64,000 nucleotides of DNA from Octopus vulgaris (taxonomy: Eukaryota), in assembly GCA_951406725.2 (NCBI GenBank), contig OX597817.1, positions 63,922,001-63,986,000 on the forward strand, in the 5' to 3' direction. The translations under genes and the position numbers were made by a program. Below the pieces are notes generated by a model. It was given only the letters and a program-made list of their open reading frames with translations. It had not been told where the DNA came from and did no database searches. Positions 13,151 to 26,219 of this stretch are shown here, in pieces; position 1 is the first letter of the stretch; each line of letters opens with the position of its first letter.

Positions 13151-13779
13151 TCAAATTAAATAAATTTAATCCTAAATCTAATTTTTCCCTATAAGTTTGG
13201 ATTTACTCCCTAATATTATTATATATATAAAACATAAAATGGAGATAGCATTGATGAACAACAATTGCAATTATTATTTATTGATAACTTACAAAAAGAC
13301 TGCATCCCATTTAACAGCTGTTTCTGCTGCCAATGTTCTTTTGAATTACCATTATGAGGCTAAGAGAATATTTATCATAGTTAGTAATAAAACCAATTTG
13401 AATCATGGAGCTTCAATCAGAGTGGAAAATAAATAAATAAAAATAAGAGACAAGAAAAGACGAAGGAATGGTTGAATATGATGAGAGTTATGTCATGTTG
13501 CGTGTAGAGCTACTGGACGATAAGTAAATGACCAAAATTTAAAATAAATGGGGTATTTGGTGGGATATTCCTATGTACGGTGGTGGGGTAGCATAGGTTA
13601 GAAAGGTAATGGCTATCTACGCAAATAGGATAGGTCAAAGGAGTAGTAAAGTGTTAGTAATAATAATTATATATATATTAATCCTCTTTCCTTCCTTTTC
13701 TGAGCGTCTGATAATACAATACTTGTACCACGTCCTCGCGTTATTGTTTTTTTCTTGTTCGTTCTTTGTTTGGATTCAC

Positions 13780-14232
<453 letters not shown>

Positions 14233-14234
14233 AA

Positions 14235-14280
<46 letters not shown>

Positions 14281-15014
14281 CATATATACAACTACATATC
14301 GAGCGTCATTCTAAAGTCAGTGTCTACGAACTTAAAAAGATATTTCCTGCTTTTTCCAGTTTATTCGAAACAGGCAAACAGAATCTTAATGTATTTTAGA
14401 CAGCTTTGTTGACATACATTATATTCATTTCTTTGCCTGAGAGATGTTGCACAAAACGTTTATTAGCAATTGTTTAGTTAGTCATTTCACAACAGGAATT
14501 CGTACACAGAAGAAAATACAGAGGATTCAAACTTTAGATAAAATGATGAGTAAACAGAATAAAACAAAAACAAAGGTGCGGTCGGATCCAATGACATTAT
14601 CTATATTTTCACAATTCTCTCGAAAGAAGTTTAACGCTAATTCTAAAGTATTTATTTTAAGCGCCTTTTCTTGGCGTCTTTTTTCTTTTCCTTGCAGTAT
14701 AATGGTGATTTACTCTATTCTCAGATGTAATGACTTTGCAGGAGATTGACACTCATAGTTAAAAAAAAATAGACCCATGTGATTGCCTCAAAACACTGGA
14801 AGATTGTTTAGAATACATCTCTTTATCGCTACGCAAACATATTCAGCATCTTGTATATTCGTTTAATGCTGTTATTCCATTATACAGTAAATTAGCCTGT
14901 CGATTTCTTACAAACCAGAGAAGGCATACATGTGTATGTGTGTATACATACTCACTCACACACATATGCATGCATACATACATACATACATACATACATA
15001 CATACATACATACA

Positions 15015-15104
<90 letters not shown>

Positions 15105-15237
15105 GGTGTTTTATTGAAAACAAGACAGTGTTTTATATTAAGTTTGGTTTGTTTGTCTGCTTTTTCATATTTCCTTATGAGTTCTTTGAACTTTGTTTGA
15201 AGTGGCAAAGTTCTTAGGTTCATTAACCTTTCTAGAC

Positions 15238-15407
15238 TGTGAATGGCCTAGTAGTTTGGGTGCTGCACTGACGATCGCTAGATCGTGGTTTCGATTCCCC
15301 AGTCGGTGTGTGTGTTGTGGTCTTCAACAAAACACTTCATATCGCGTTGCTCCAGTCCATTCAACTGTAAATGGGTAACCCTGCGATGGGCTGGTTTACC
15401 TTTCAGG
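15238..15407 (+). mobile_element. SINE family B, truncated
   Basis: tggcctagtag A box, gtttcgattccc B box, CORE-like block. Confidence 0.7.
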
Positions 15408-16120
15408 TGCTCACTGCCCTCCACCAAGGCAATAGCATCGATGGATGTTCTACTTTAGCGATATAGAGAGGATTAGTGGCGGAGAGGTGCAACGACGATG
15501 TCCTCGTGGAGAACCTGGACGTCGACGAAAGCAAACTGGCTAGTCTCTTCCGGAAGACTTTCCAGTCGTGGACTACTATGGATAATTTCCGGATGTATTT
15601 GGCCTGGCAGTGCTACCGGGAAACTACGGATTCAAGATAAGCTCTACAGAAACGGATGTGCTGTCAGACAGGCTCGTCCAAGGTGCGCGTAGAGCGACAA
15701 AACCGTTCTGCATGCGTTTACGCAGTGTCCGTGCATTGCTGATTTGTGGAGTTTTGTCAAACTGCTGCTGTTGCGTGTGGAACAGATCCGTCTGTCGGCC
15801 GAGTCCATAGTGATGATTGCCCCGCTGCCCTCTTTTAATAGGGCAGGCAATGCAGTTTTCCTTTGATAGGTGACTGTGGCAAAAGAGGTTGTTTCGTGGA
15901 CGAGGTTGAAAGGAATGAGGACCGGGATATTCCTCTTTGGTAGAGCCCTCATCAACTTTTTCAAGTTTCACTTGAAAAGGAAAGTGAGGGTGGAGAGGGA
16001 GGTGCTGTCCTCGAGTGAATTTATTAAAAGGTGGGTGAAAGTTGCGAAAATGGCTAGGGTGGATGGTGCCGCTCTAGGTGTAGACCTATGAGTGGGGGGA
16101 AAGGAATTGGAGAGGGCACT
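15408..16120 (+). mobile_element. L1/Tx1-like LINE, 3' ORF2 fragment (pseudogenised)
   Basis: Translates to ...RPRCA*SDKTVLHAFTQC...LSAESIVMIAP...VAKEVVSWTRLKG...FFKFHLKRKVRVER; decayed CCHC knuckle, homologous to 46301-46810. Confidence 0.8.
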
Positions 16121-16149
16121 TGTCTAGGGAGTGCAATCCACTGGGAGCT

Positions 16150-16652
16150 GTGTTTTATGCTTATTTCTTCTATCCATCTGTTTAGATCTTTAGAGATAGT
16201 TCCCAATGTACCTCTAACTACTGGGATACATTTTACCCGCACTATCCATAGTCTCTGTAATTCTATGGCTTGATCCTGGTACTTTGCTATTTTTTTCTAT
16301 CCCTCTTATATTGATTTTTTCATCATTTTGGACTATAAAGTCAATTATCTGGCCCATTCTATTCTCTTTCTCTACTACTAGCTTCAGGCCTTCTAGCTTC
16401 TATTACTCTGTCAGTCTGAATGTTAAAGTCCCACAATATCTTGTATTTCTTACTTTCTAGTACTTTACTAGGTTCATGTTCATACCATTTATCAGTATGT
16501 TCAAACCCTAGCTTTCTACATAGCTCCCAGTGGATTGCACTCCCTAGATTGTCATGTCTTTTCTTGTAGTCTTTCTGTGCCAGAATGCTACATTCACTTA
16601 CTATACGAGTAACGCTTTCCTCTTCTACTTTACATAATCTACATTAGGAATC
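16150..16652 (-). mobile_element. Older R4/Dong-like LINE fragment, REL endonuclease region
   Basis: Minus translation includes CRLCKVEEESVTRIVSEC, RHDNLGSAIHWELC, KWYEHEP, ILWDFNIQTD, KYQD, IPVVRGTLG, homologous to the ORF at 16888-17556. Confidence 0.8.

Positions 16653-16653
<1 letters not shown>

Positions 16654-16728
<75 letters not shown>
16654..16728. repeat. (ATT)n tract at 3' flank of Dong-like element
   Basis: Direct reading. Confidence 0.95.
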
Positions 16729-19502
16729 GTTGTTGTCATTTACTTTTAATCTACATGTTTGATGCAATCACTTGCCGGGGCACACCCAGCGCCCTAGGGC
16801 AAGTGAAGGTTAAGAGTTGATGAAATATAGCTGAAAGCTTGGGGAGGGGAAGTAGAGAAATATCTCCATGTAATACAACACAAACATTTACATTGATAGG
16901 GTTTTTCTAAGGATGTGGGCAGTACTTGTTAGCACAATCTTTTGGATTTCCTTGAGACATGGTTCTCCAGGGATATTGTCTAGGTGTTTCTGACATCCCT
17001 TTTTTATCATACCTAGGACACCTACAATAACAGGAACAGTTTTTGTTTTAAGATTCCACATCTTTTGTATTTCGATTTCCAGGTCCTTATATTTACTAAG
17101 TTTGTCAAATTCCTTTACAGATATATTTTTATCAGTGGGGACGCTTACCTCTATTAGTCTGCAGGTATTTTCTTCCCTGTCTTTAACAATTATGTCTGGT
17201 CGATTAGCCTTGATCGTTCTGTCAGTGTTGACTGGAAAATCCCAGAGGATGGTGACATTTTTACCTTCAACAACTGGCTGAGGATGGTGTTTATACCAGT
17301 TAGCAGGAGTGCCGAATTTGTAGTGTTTACATATCTTCCAATGTATATACTGTCCTACCCTGTCGTGGCGATTTTTGTATTCGTTTGGTGTCAGCTCAGG
17401 ACATCCCGAAACGAGATGGTCTATTGTTTCGTCAAATGTGTCGCAGAATCTGCATTTAGGGTCAGTACCGTTTCGGAGAACGTTAGCCTGATAATTTCTG
17501 GTAAACAAGCTTTGATCTTGTGCTGCCAGTATGAAGCCTTCAGTCTCTGCTTTCAATCCTGAACTCTTCAGCCACTGATGGGTTGTTGCTTGGTCTACAT
17601 CAGCATTTTGGCTTCAGAGAATATATTGTCCATTCAGGGGCTTCTGGCTCCACCGCATCTCAATTTGATTCTGCCCGTTCTTTTTTGCAGTCTGCTTGAT
17701 TCGCTTTGCTTGCTTGGTAGCAGTGGTTTCCGGCTCTTCATCTGATTCAAGGTTAATGTCTAGTTCCCTTTCGAACTTATAAGCTTCCTTGAAAATACTG
17801 ATTTTTGCTGCTTTCATGTTCGCACACAAGTCGCAGCATCCAGTCCTTTGTACTAGATAGGTACCTGTTCATTCCTACAGTGGAGGTCTTATAGTACAGC
17901 TCTAATTGTATCATTCCTCTCCCCACCCCCGCTGCTTCTAGGTAGGTACAGGCGGTCTACATCTGCCTTAGGGTGGTGCACGTTCTTGGATGTCAGTAAT
18001 TTTATTGTCTTCCTGTCCAAGCGTTGGAGTTCCGTAGGGTTCCAGTTAATGATGTTAAAACTGTACTGGACTACTGGAAGTGCCAGGGTGTTAATGGCCT
18101 CAATGCAATTTTTGGAGTTGAGTTCAGTCTTCAGTACAAGCCTTATTCTCCTATAGTATTCTTTTCTTATTTTTTCCTTTATAGTAGCATGATGTATACC
18201 ATCTCCTTCGTTGATTCCTAGGTATTTGTAACTTTCTTGTGGGTCAAGTTCCTTGATGGTAGTGTCAATATCTAATTTAACAGAAGCTGTTTGCCTGAGC
18301 TTGCCTCTTACAAAAGTTGCTTTAGCACACTTATCAAGGCCAAAATCCATTCCGATATCATTGCTAAACTCTTTAACAGTTGTTAGCAGCCCTTCTAGCT
18401 CTTGGTCATTCCTGGCAAACAGCTTTAGGTCGTCCATATAGAAAAGGTGGTTTATTAACTTACTAAAAACTTTGTACCCATATCTGGTACTATCCAATTC
18501 GTTTGAGAGTGGGATCAGTGCCATGCAAAAAAGTAATGGAGAGAGGGAGTCACCTTGAAAGATGCCTCGTTTGATGTTGATGCTGTTGGACTGGCTCATC
18601 CCATTACTATGGCTTAGCAAGAGACGTGTGTTCCACATGGTCATGCTATTCTGTAAGAATTTTGAGATGACAGGAGAGATCTTGTATATCTCAAGGGCCT
18701 TGAGTATCCATTTATGTGGGACACTGTCAAACGCTTTCCTGTAGTATATCCATGCCATACTCAGGTTTTTGTTTTTGCTCCGGCAATTCTCTACAATCAT
18801 TCTGTTTATGAGCAATTGATATTTGCACCCATAAGAGTTTCTTTTACAACCTTTTTGAGCTTGTGGAAGGATAGAGTTTTGTTCAAGGAAAGCGTACATT
18901 CTCTCCGTTATTATGGATGTGAGGATTTTGTAGGTGGTGTTGAGACATGTTATTGGCTGGTAATTCTTTGGGCTTTTTTGTGTCTTCGGTTTTAGGTAAT
19001 AGGTAGGTGGTTCCTTCAGCCAGCCAAGCAGTTATTTGTTCTGGCTTCTGAATAACATCAGACAGAGATGCAGCGAGATTTTCGTGTACCTCTGTCAAAC
19101 AATTCAGCCAGAAGTTAGGGATCCGATCCAGTCCTGGGGTTTTCCATTTATGAGCCTTCCTAATACTTCTACCTTAGCTCCTCTATTCCTATTGCTTCCC
19201 ATTTCTGTTCTTCAAGTTCATCCAGTCTCACTTTCTCACGTTCTATCCAGTCAGCCTCAGCATTAAACTCTTTTTCGTTACTCCATACCTTCTTCCAGAA
19301 CTCCTCCACTTCCTCATCTTAGGTGGATCTTCTATGTGTATTTTACTTTTGCCAATTTCCCAATAAAATTTCTTTGCATCTGTCTTAAAAAATTTATTTT
19401 GTCGATAAAATTTGTTTCTTTTGTCATACCTTCTAAGCCGTTGGGCTTTCAACTGTATCCGTTGTTTCAACAGTTCCTTAGTTGCAGGGAGGTTTATGAG
19501 GC

Positions 19503-19503
<1 letters not shown>
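16729..19503 (-). mobile_element. 5'-truncated, frameshifted R4/Dong-clade non-LTR retrotransposon (RT plus REL endonuclease)
   Basis: ORF pieces 19243-19611, 18883-19098, 17889-18899 (KAFDSV, GIFQGDSLSPLLF, HLFYMDDLKLF, YKYLG), 17614-17829, 16888-17556 (CRFC..ETIDHLVSGC, RHD, RPDI, KLSKY); flanked both sides by (TAA)n. Confidence 0.92.
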
Positions 19504-19563
<60 letters not shown>

Positions 19564-19622
19564 CATCATTATCATCATCATCATCATCATCATTATTATT
19601 ATTATTATCAATATTATTATTG
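19504..19622. repeat. (ATT)n/(ATC)n tract at 5' flank of Dong-like element
   Basis: Direct reading. Confidence 0.95.
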
Positions 19623-20310
19623 TCTTGTTGGCATGCGAGAACTTGTCTTAGATTCGCTTAGGGGAATTTGAATTATTACTAAATTTTACTTTGGAGAATT
19701 ATTTTCCCAACAAATGACTTTGGCCTATTTCAATGTCCACCTCAATTACCTTGGAGCGGAAAAATAAGGTTTGTTTATGCAAGCATTCGTATACCTGTGT
19801 TTCAATACGGCTTTTTTAGTCTGGGGAAACCGTAAGAGGTTGTAACCGCGAAGACGTTGGCAGCATATACATCGCCGAGAGTTTCGAGTATGATTTTTCC
19901 AAATTATGGAAACAAAAACGTGCATTTACAAAGATGTGACTAACAAACAATGTTGGCACCTAAACAAGCCGATACAATTATAAATAGACTTTATAAAATA
20001 CTTCGAGAAAATGACAATTCCACCAGCGAGTCGTTACTCACTGCAGTATATACAAGTGGCGATTACATAAATTTTCAGAACGGAGACTGTCACAACAGCA
20101 TGGCTATTGTTAGCAGCCAGAGAGAGCCAATAAACAGAGGTTGGCTCTCCGAAAAATAAATAATAACCTGGAAAATGTTTCTTAGGAAGTTCTAACTTAT
20201 CAAAGACAGACCAAAAAGGAAATGACAATACTTCTACCTATCGAAATAACAATACTTCAACGTGTTGCAAAACAGAAGGGCTTTCAATATTCCATCAAGC
20301 AGTTAAAGAA

Positions 20311-20557
20311 GCCCTGTCTGATGCGTAGAACCATCGAACGGCCAAGATATATGTGTGTCTGGCCTGCAAAACTGAAGATGAGATAAGATAAATTGGAGAG
20401 TCACACATATGCCAATATGCCAAATGATGCCCTGTCTGATGCGTAGAACAATGTTGTTTCTATCGAACGGCCAAGATATATGTGTGTCTGGCCTGCAAAA
20501 CTGAAGATGAGATAAGATAAATTGGAGAGTCACACATATGCCAATATGCCAAATGAT
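20311..20557. repeat. Tandem duplication of ~118-129 bp
   Basis: 20311-20428 and 20429-20557 match except for a short indel after gcgtagaac. Confidence 0.95.
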
Positions 20558-21658
20558 ACAAAACATGGAATTATGTAATATAAAAATCACAGCAAGATAC
20601 TCGCCATCTTTTTATAACAGTATGGGCAGGTGGTGAGTGCTGGGTTGCCATCAAATGAATGTAGTTATATGGAGTTATGTGGGGTTCGCATGGACATACA
20701 GATCGTAAGGACTCCAAAATATCACAGAACATTCTCGAAGATGTACTACTCCATTGTCGGTGCAGAGAGAAAGGTGATAATCATTACAGTACAGGGCAGA
20801 AACCCCAATGTTGAAGTAAGGGCCATTTTAGGATTTTTCTGCCCAGATAAAATAGCCAGAGAAAGTGGGACAGTGAGAAACATTGGCGGTCAGAGAACAA
20901 GAACGACATTAACAACAACGGCTTACGGAATCTGTGGTTTCTAGAGTATCAATAGTTACATCACTGGTTTCAGTTCCAAGGCTAATGAAAGAAATTTGCT
21001 TTGTCCTCAATACCAGAACTCGACTGTAAGAAGTTTCCTTCTCCGGCCATAACGATCAGCACCAACCCATGTCTTGTGACTGTGGTGAGGAGGTGAATGA
21101 TAGGTGGGTGTTGTAAACTATCGTGGTAAGGCGGGGAGGAGAGAAAAAAGAACCAAAAATATACTGAACCAAGACAGAAAACTAAGAATATGGGAAAAGG
21201 AACTCATCTCATAACAAAGTTCAGTCTTTCGATCACCAACGAGTGACTGATAGGCAAACAGAACGGACTACAGAAATAATAGATAATGTGCAAACTAAAA
21301 AAGATATGGGCTTTGACTATATGAAACTAGCAATCTGTGACTATATGAAACTTAGAATCTGTGACTAATCTGCAGATTGATAATAAAAACCAACTTCACA
21401 GTTTATGAATAATAAAACCTTAGCTATCAAAACATAGGCCCTTTCTTACCCACCCCAACACCTGAGTTGCTTACAGATATTTTTGAAACTGAACGGTTTT
21501 AGTATATAGATACAGAGAACATTGAAACAGAAAATCCTCGGGGGCTTAAGGTGCCTTGATCAAACCCAGCTGACGGTTTCTCATTGGATAATACTGGCTC
21601 GGTTACTTGAAATTAAATCAAATAAGGCTAGGTTGCCATTATTTAATTTTATTTTATA

Positions 21659-21744
21659 CTAGCAGTAATACCCGTCGATGATCGGGTAATTACTTTTACT
21701 TTTTCTGGGGAGTCACATTCAAAGTGTTATTCTATATAGAGAGA
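21659..21744 (-). mobile_element. Miniature non-autonomous Helitron
   Basis: Minus: a|TCtctctatatag ... tacccgatcatcgacgggta hairpin ... tactgCTAG|t; termini resemble 40107-40489. Confidence 0.7.
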
Positions 21745-22133
21745 TTTACTCTTCCTGTATGTGTGTATTTCATAAGAAAAAACTTAATAATTGAAGTAGA
21801 AAAAAATATCAATTTCATACACGAACTCATGTTTGTTTATTATATGATAATAAGTGAGTTTTATATATCAATAAAGTAATGCCAATTATATAATAGACAA
21901 GGCTTTGGTCGGCACGGAGCTGTAATTGCCTACCAGTGAGATTGAACCCAAGGCGACATGGCTAGAAAGCAAGCTTCCCAACCACACAGCCACGACTATA
22001 AAGAACAGATGCATTTTGGATAATATACTTCTTGATAGAATATGCTTAACAAAAAGACGAGATGTTTACAGCGAGAAGACCTTCGATTTTAATATTTACT
22101 TGAGCAACGTAACAATTAACAACGCTACACCAA

Positions 22134-22625
22134 ATAGAGTGTTCCAGAATTAAATATGTTTCAATGAAATTGAGCAAATTTTTAAAAAACTGACAAAATT
22201 TTATGTTTATTACTTAATTATAATACCAAAACAAATCGATTTATAAATTTTACGTCAAACTTTTATTGAAAATTTTCTACATATCTGTATCCCTGCATAC
22301 TTCAAATGTCTCCTTAATGTTGTGAAATGCATTTTGAAGCATTTCAGGAGTTAGCTCCTGCACTGCTAACTGAATGTGTTCTTTAAGCTCAGCTAAACGA
22401 TGGCTCCATCTTGGGGATGGAGGTAAAAAAAAGTAATTGCTACCAAAGTGAAAAAAGCTGTCGTGGACAAACAAGAGGGGTCCAACAGGAATGAAAATAA
22501 AATTATAAACAAAATTCAAAATTTAAACACTCTTAGCACATATTAAACATGATAAACATAAATGTGTTTTAAAAAACCTGCATCCAATTTCACTCAATTC
22601 ATCATTAATTCTGGGACACCCTGTA
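22134..22625 (-). mobile_element. Internally deleted Tc1/mariner element
   Basis: TIRs tagagtgttccagaattaa / ttaattctgggacaccctgta; transposase C-terminus-like LAELKEHIQLAVQELTPEMLQNAF on minus. Confidence 0.75.
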
Positions 22626-23239
22626 TTTACTCATCCGACTAAACGAGGGAGGGAATACAGGGGGAGATTAATTCCAGGTGGCGAGCGTAGCTTCCGGAAG
22701 TGGTCACGCGGTCAAATCCAAATGGCTTTAGATCACAACCACAGATTGTTTGTTTGTTTGTCTTTTTTTCTTTTTCTTTTTTTGTATGAACATTTTGCAT
22801 TATATAGTTCAGACATCGATGATATAGATGGCAGGTATACTGCCGGGCCATACTGCGTTGCGCAGGATTGGAAACGTGAAACATCAACAGGGAACTTCTG
22901 GAGAATGGATGAATGGGTTTATTGTGCCTTTACCCAGCCGCACACGCACACACATACACACACAGCCCGGTGGTGAGCGTGATGTAACATGAAGCATCAA
23001 CAGGGCGGCGACAAAAATTTCAATGTTCTCATTTCCGCTGCCAAATTTGACAAAAAAGGTTTTCATGAAATATTATACGCTACTTATAATGCATAAATAG
23101 TGTCAATATTTTATCGTCTGAAAATGGCCTACAACAAAAATAAAACCCAGTGCAGTATACTCAAATCTGATTAATTTTTTTTAGTCAGCAGCAATTCGAA
23201 GAGCGTGATTAATGTTGGTTGCAAATTTGGAAAAAAGCG

Positions 23240-23447
23240 ACCGGATACTCTTCAAGTTACGGGCTTAACGCTACGAAAATGCTTTTAAAATGCGTTTTAT
23301 CTGCCTCTGGGCCCGCATTAGGCAAGATGTTGAAAATGTTTTGGCCTATGACACTCCATAGACCCTTTGTAATGCATGTGTAAAATTTCATTAAAATCGG
23401 ATGACATGACAAACACAGACACATATCCTGTGTTTTATATATATAAG
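23240..23447 (-). mobile_element. Helitron/Helentron-like non-autonomous fragment
   Basis: Minus: ttatatatataaaa...tgtgtctgtg...ccgattttaatgaaatttt, same layout as the 5' part of 40107-40489. Confidence 0.45.
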
Positions 23448-23455
23448 TAAATATA

Positions 23456-23873
23456 TAAAGTATACTAGCCATCTCAATATGGCTAACCACTAAGGGTGGG
23501 TGTTACTGTAGCTTTTAGCCCCAGGAGATCATCGTCTCCAGCTGGCTTTAGGCACACTTTCTGTGCCCTTATGATATTTGCAAAGGGAGGTCATCCCTCT
23601 CTCGTAAACCTAAGTTATACGCACGAACTGCAGTTTCGAGGTATTTGCCTCTTGTCAACGTACGGTAATCACCGGTTTTCGATGAAGAGAGACCTGTTTG
23701 CAAATATCTATTTAATGTTTTTCCTGTGACTTCTGTCACTGATTTCGAAAAACTGTCTGAAAGCAATAATAAATCTCTGAGCGAGATGTATACAGTAACC
23801 GCTCGACAACGTAAAGTATACTAGCCATCTCAATATGGCTCACCACTAAGGGTGGGTGTTACTGTAGATTTTA
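23456..23873 (-). mobile_element. 356-nt unit with 62-nt terminal direct repeat and one hammerhead (retrozyme/Penelope-like)
   Basis: Direct repeats 23456-23517 and 23812-23873 (2 mismatches); hammerhead fold at 23620-23664. Confidence 0.7.
23620..23664 (-). ncRNA. Type I hammerhead fold with U3:A8 core variant
   Basis: Minus: cgtacg-TTGACAA-gagg-caaata-cctc-GAAA-ctgcag-TT-cgtgcg. Confidence 0.65.
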
Positions 23874-24018
23874 TGATAATATTACTAATTTTAATTATCT
23901 AGATATATGTTTTTTGCCTCGCCCATATTTTACATAATATTGTATGTCCTGTCCTGTAAACCATTTTTGTAGCGCACTGCACGAAAGAATGGTTCCTTGA
24001 GGCAAATAAATTTAAAGA

Positions 24019-24037
24019 ATTATTATTATTATTATTA

Positions 24038-24098
<61 letters not shown>

Positions 24099-24155
24099 AA
24101 TGTTTCCTATATAATAGGTTAGAATTATGATTGAATAGCTTCTATGAATTAGATT

Positions 24156-24188
<33 letters not shown>

Positions 24189-24227
24189 GCTGCTGCTGCT
24201 GCCCCTGCTGTTGCTGTTGCTGTTGCT

Positions 24228-24292
<65 letters not shown>

Positions 24293-24311
24293 TGTTGTTG
24301 TTGTTGTTGTT
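24019..24311. repeat. Compound (ATT)n, (GTT/GCT)n, (GTA)n microsatellites
   Basis: Direct reading. Confidence 0.95.
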
Positions 24312-25187
24312 CAATATTTGCCAGAAATTGTTCCTGCAGACTAATTGATTTCACGGGTGCCAACTGCGCTGTATTGCATCAAGTAGCTATCTGATTCATA
24401 GCAACCGTAAATTATTTCTTTGTGAGTAAAGATCTGCGTGTGTATATGCGCTTGTGTGTGTTTTACAATTACCATAAGTGTATTAACGTAAACGAATCAA
24501 CGTAAATATATTAGCATAATATATTGATGTTTAGCCAAAAACTGAACAGCGAATACATATTTGCATTTAAGTAAAATCTATACAAAATTATGAGCGCTTG
24601 GTGTGTTTCGAATTTTTGTCTTTTTGTTGGCACATCGACGAAATTTCCACTCTACTACGAGCCAATAAGGAAGCTTCTGTATGGTTGCCTTATTTGCTAG
24701 AAATTTCAGTCAAGTCTCCTTCAAATCACATCTTTCTTATAAAGGGATTATGTAGTTCTAGAAACGCTATGACTGTATAAACAAATGGAGCTTTCCTTTT
24801 ATTTAGTCATTGGACTGTAGCTATGCTGGAGCACTAACTCGAAGTGTTCTACTCGCACAAATGGTCCCTGGGAGTACTTATTTATTTTTTATGTCTGATA
24901 CTTATGGTACCAGACCCTTTTTGTTTAGCGTTAAGTTACTGAAAAGTAAACAAACGGACATACACATACATACGGCGGGATTAGAATTAGGGACCAGAAA
25001 GCTAGAATAAATAGCGTTACATGCTGTCAGAAAGCTCCTACAGCCCTTTCAATTCGCTCTCTTAAAATATTGTTATAAGGTTTATGAAAATATGAACACA
25101 CGGTATCACGTGAACATGCAGTATCACGTGAACACATGTTTTCCTTGTAGATGCTTTGGTGGTATTATTATTATTGTTATATTACGT

Positions 25188-25775
<588 letters not shown>

Positions 25776-26132
25776 TGATTACATGTATGTATACATACAT
25801 GCATACACATATATACATGTATATATATGTATGTATGCATGTATGTATGCATGTATGTATGTATGTATGTATGTATGTATGTATGTATGTATGTATGTAT
25901 GTATGTATGTATGTATGTATGTATGTATATGCTTCCTCTGTTGTAGCAGAACAGGGATGGTAACTGTTAAGTAGACGAGAGGCAGTTTAGACAGTGAGCC
26001 TCACAACTACAAATGGATGAGAATTGATGGTGTATCTTATTTTCTCTGCATCTTGAAATATTTAACATATGCATACATGTGCATGCATACAAACACACAT
26101 ATGCATACACATACATGTACATATATATGTAT

Positions 26133-26219
<87 letters not shown>

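Noticed and set aside
21550-21630. CTGACGG...GAAATTAAATC hammerhead-like string
   Set aside because: Core mismatch and no credible stem II.
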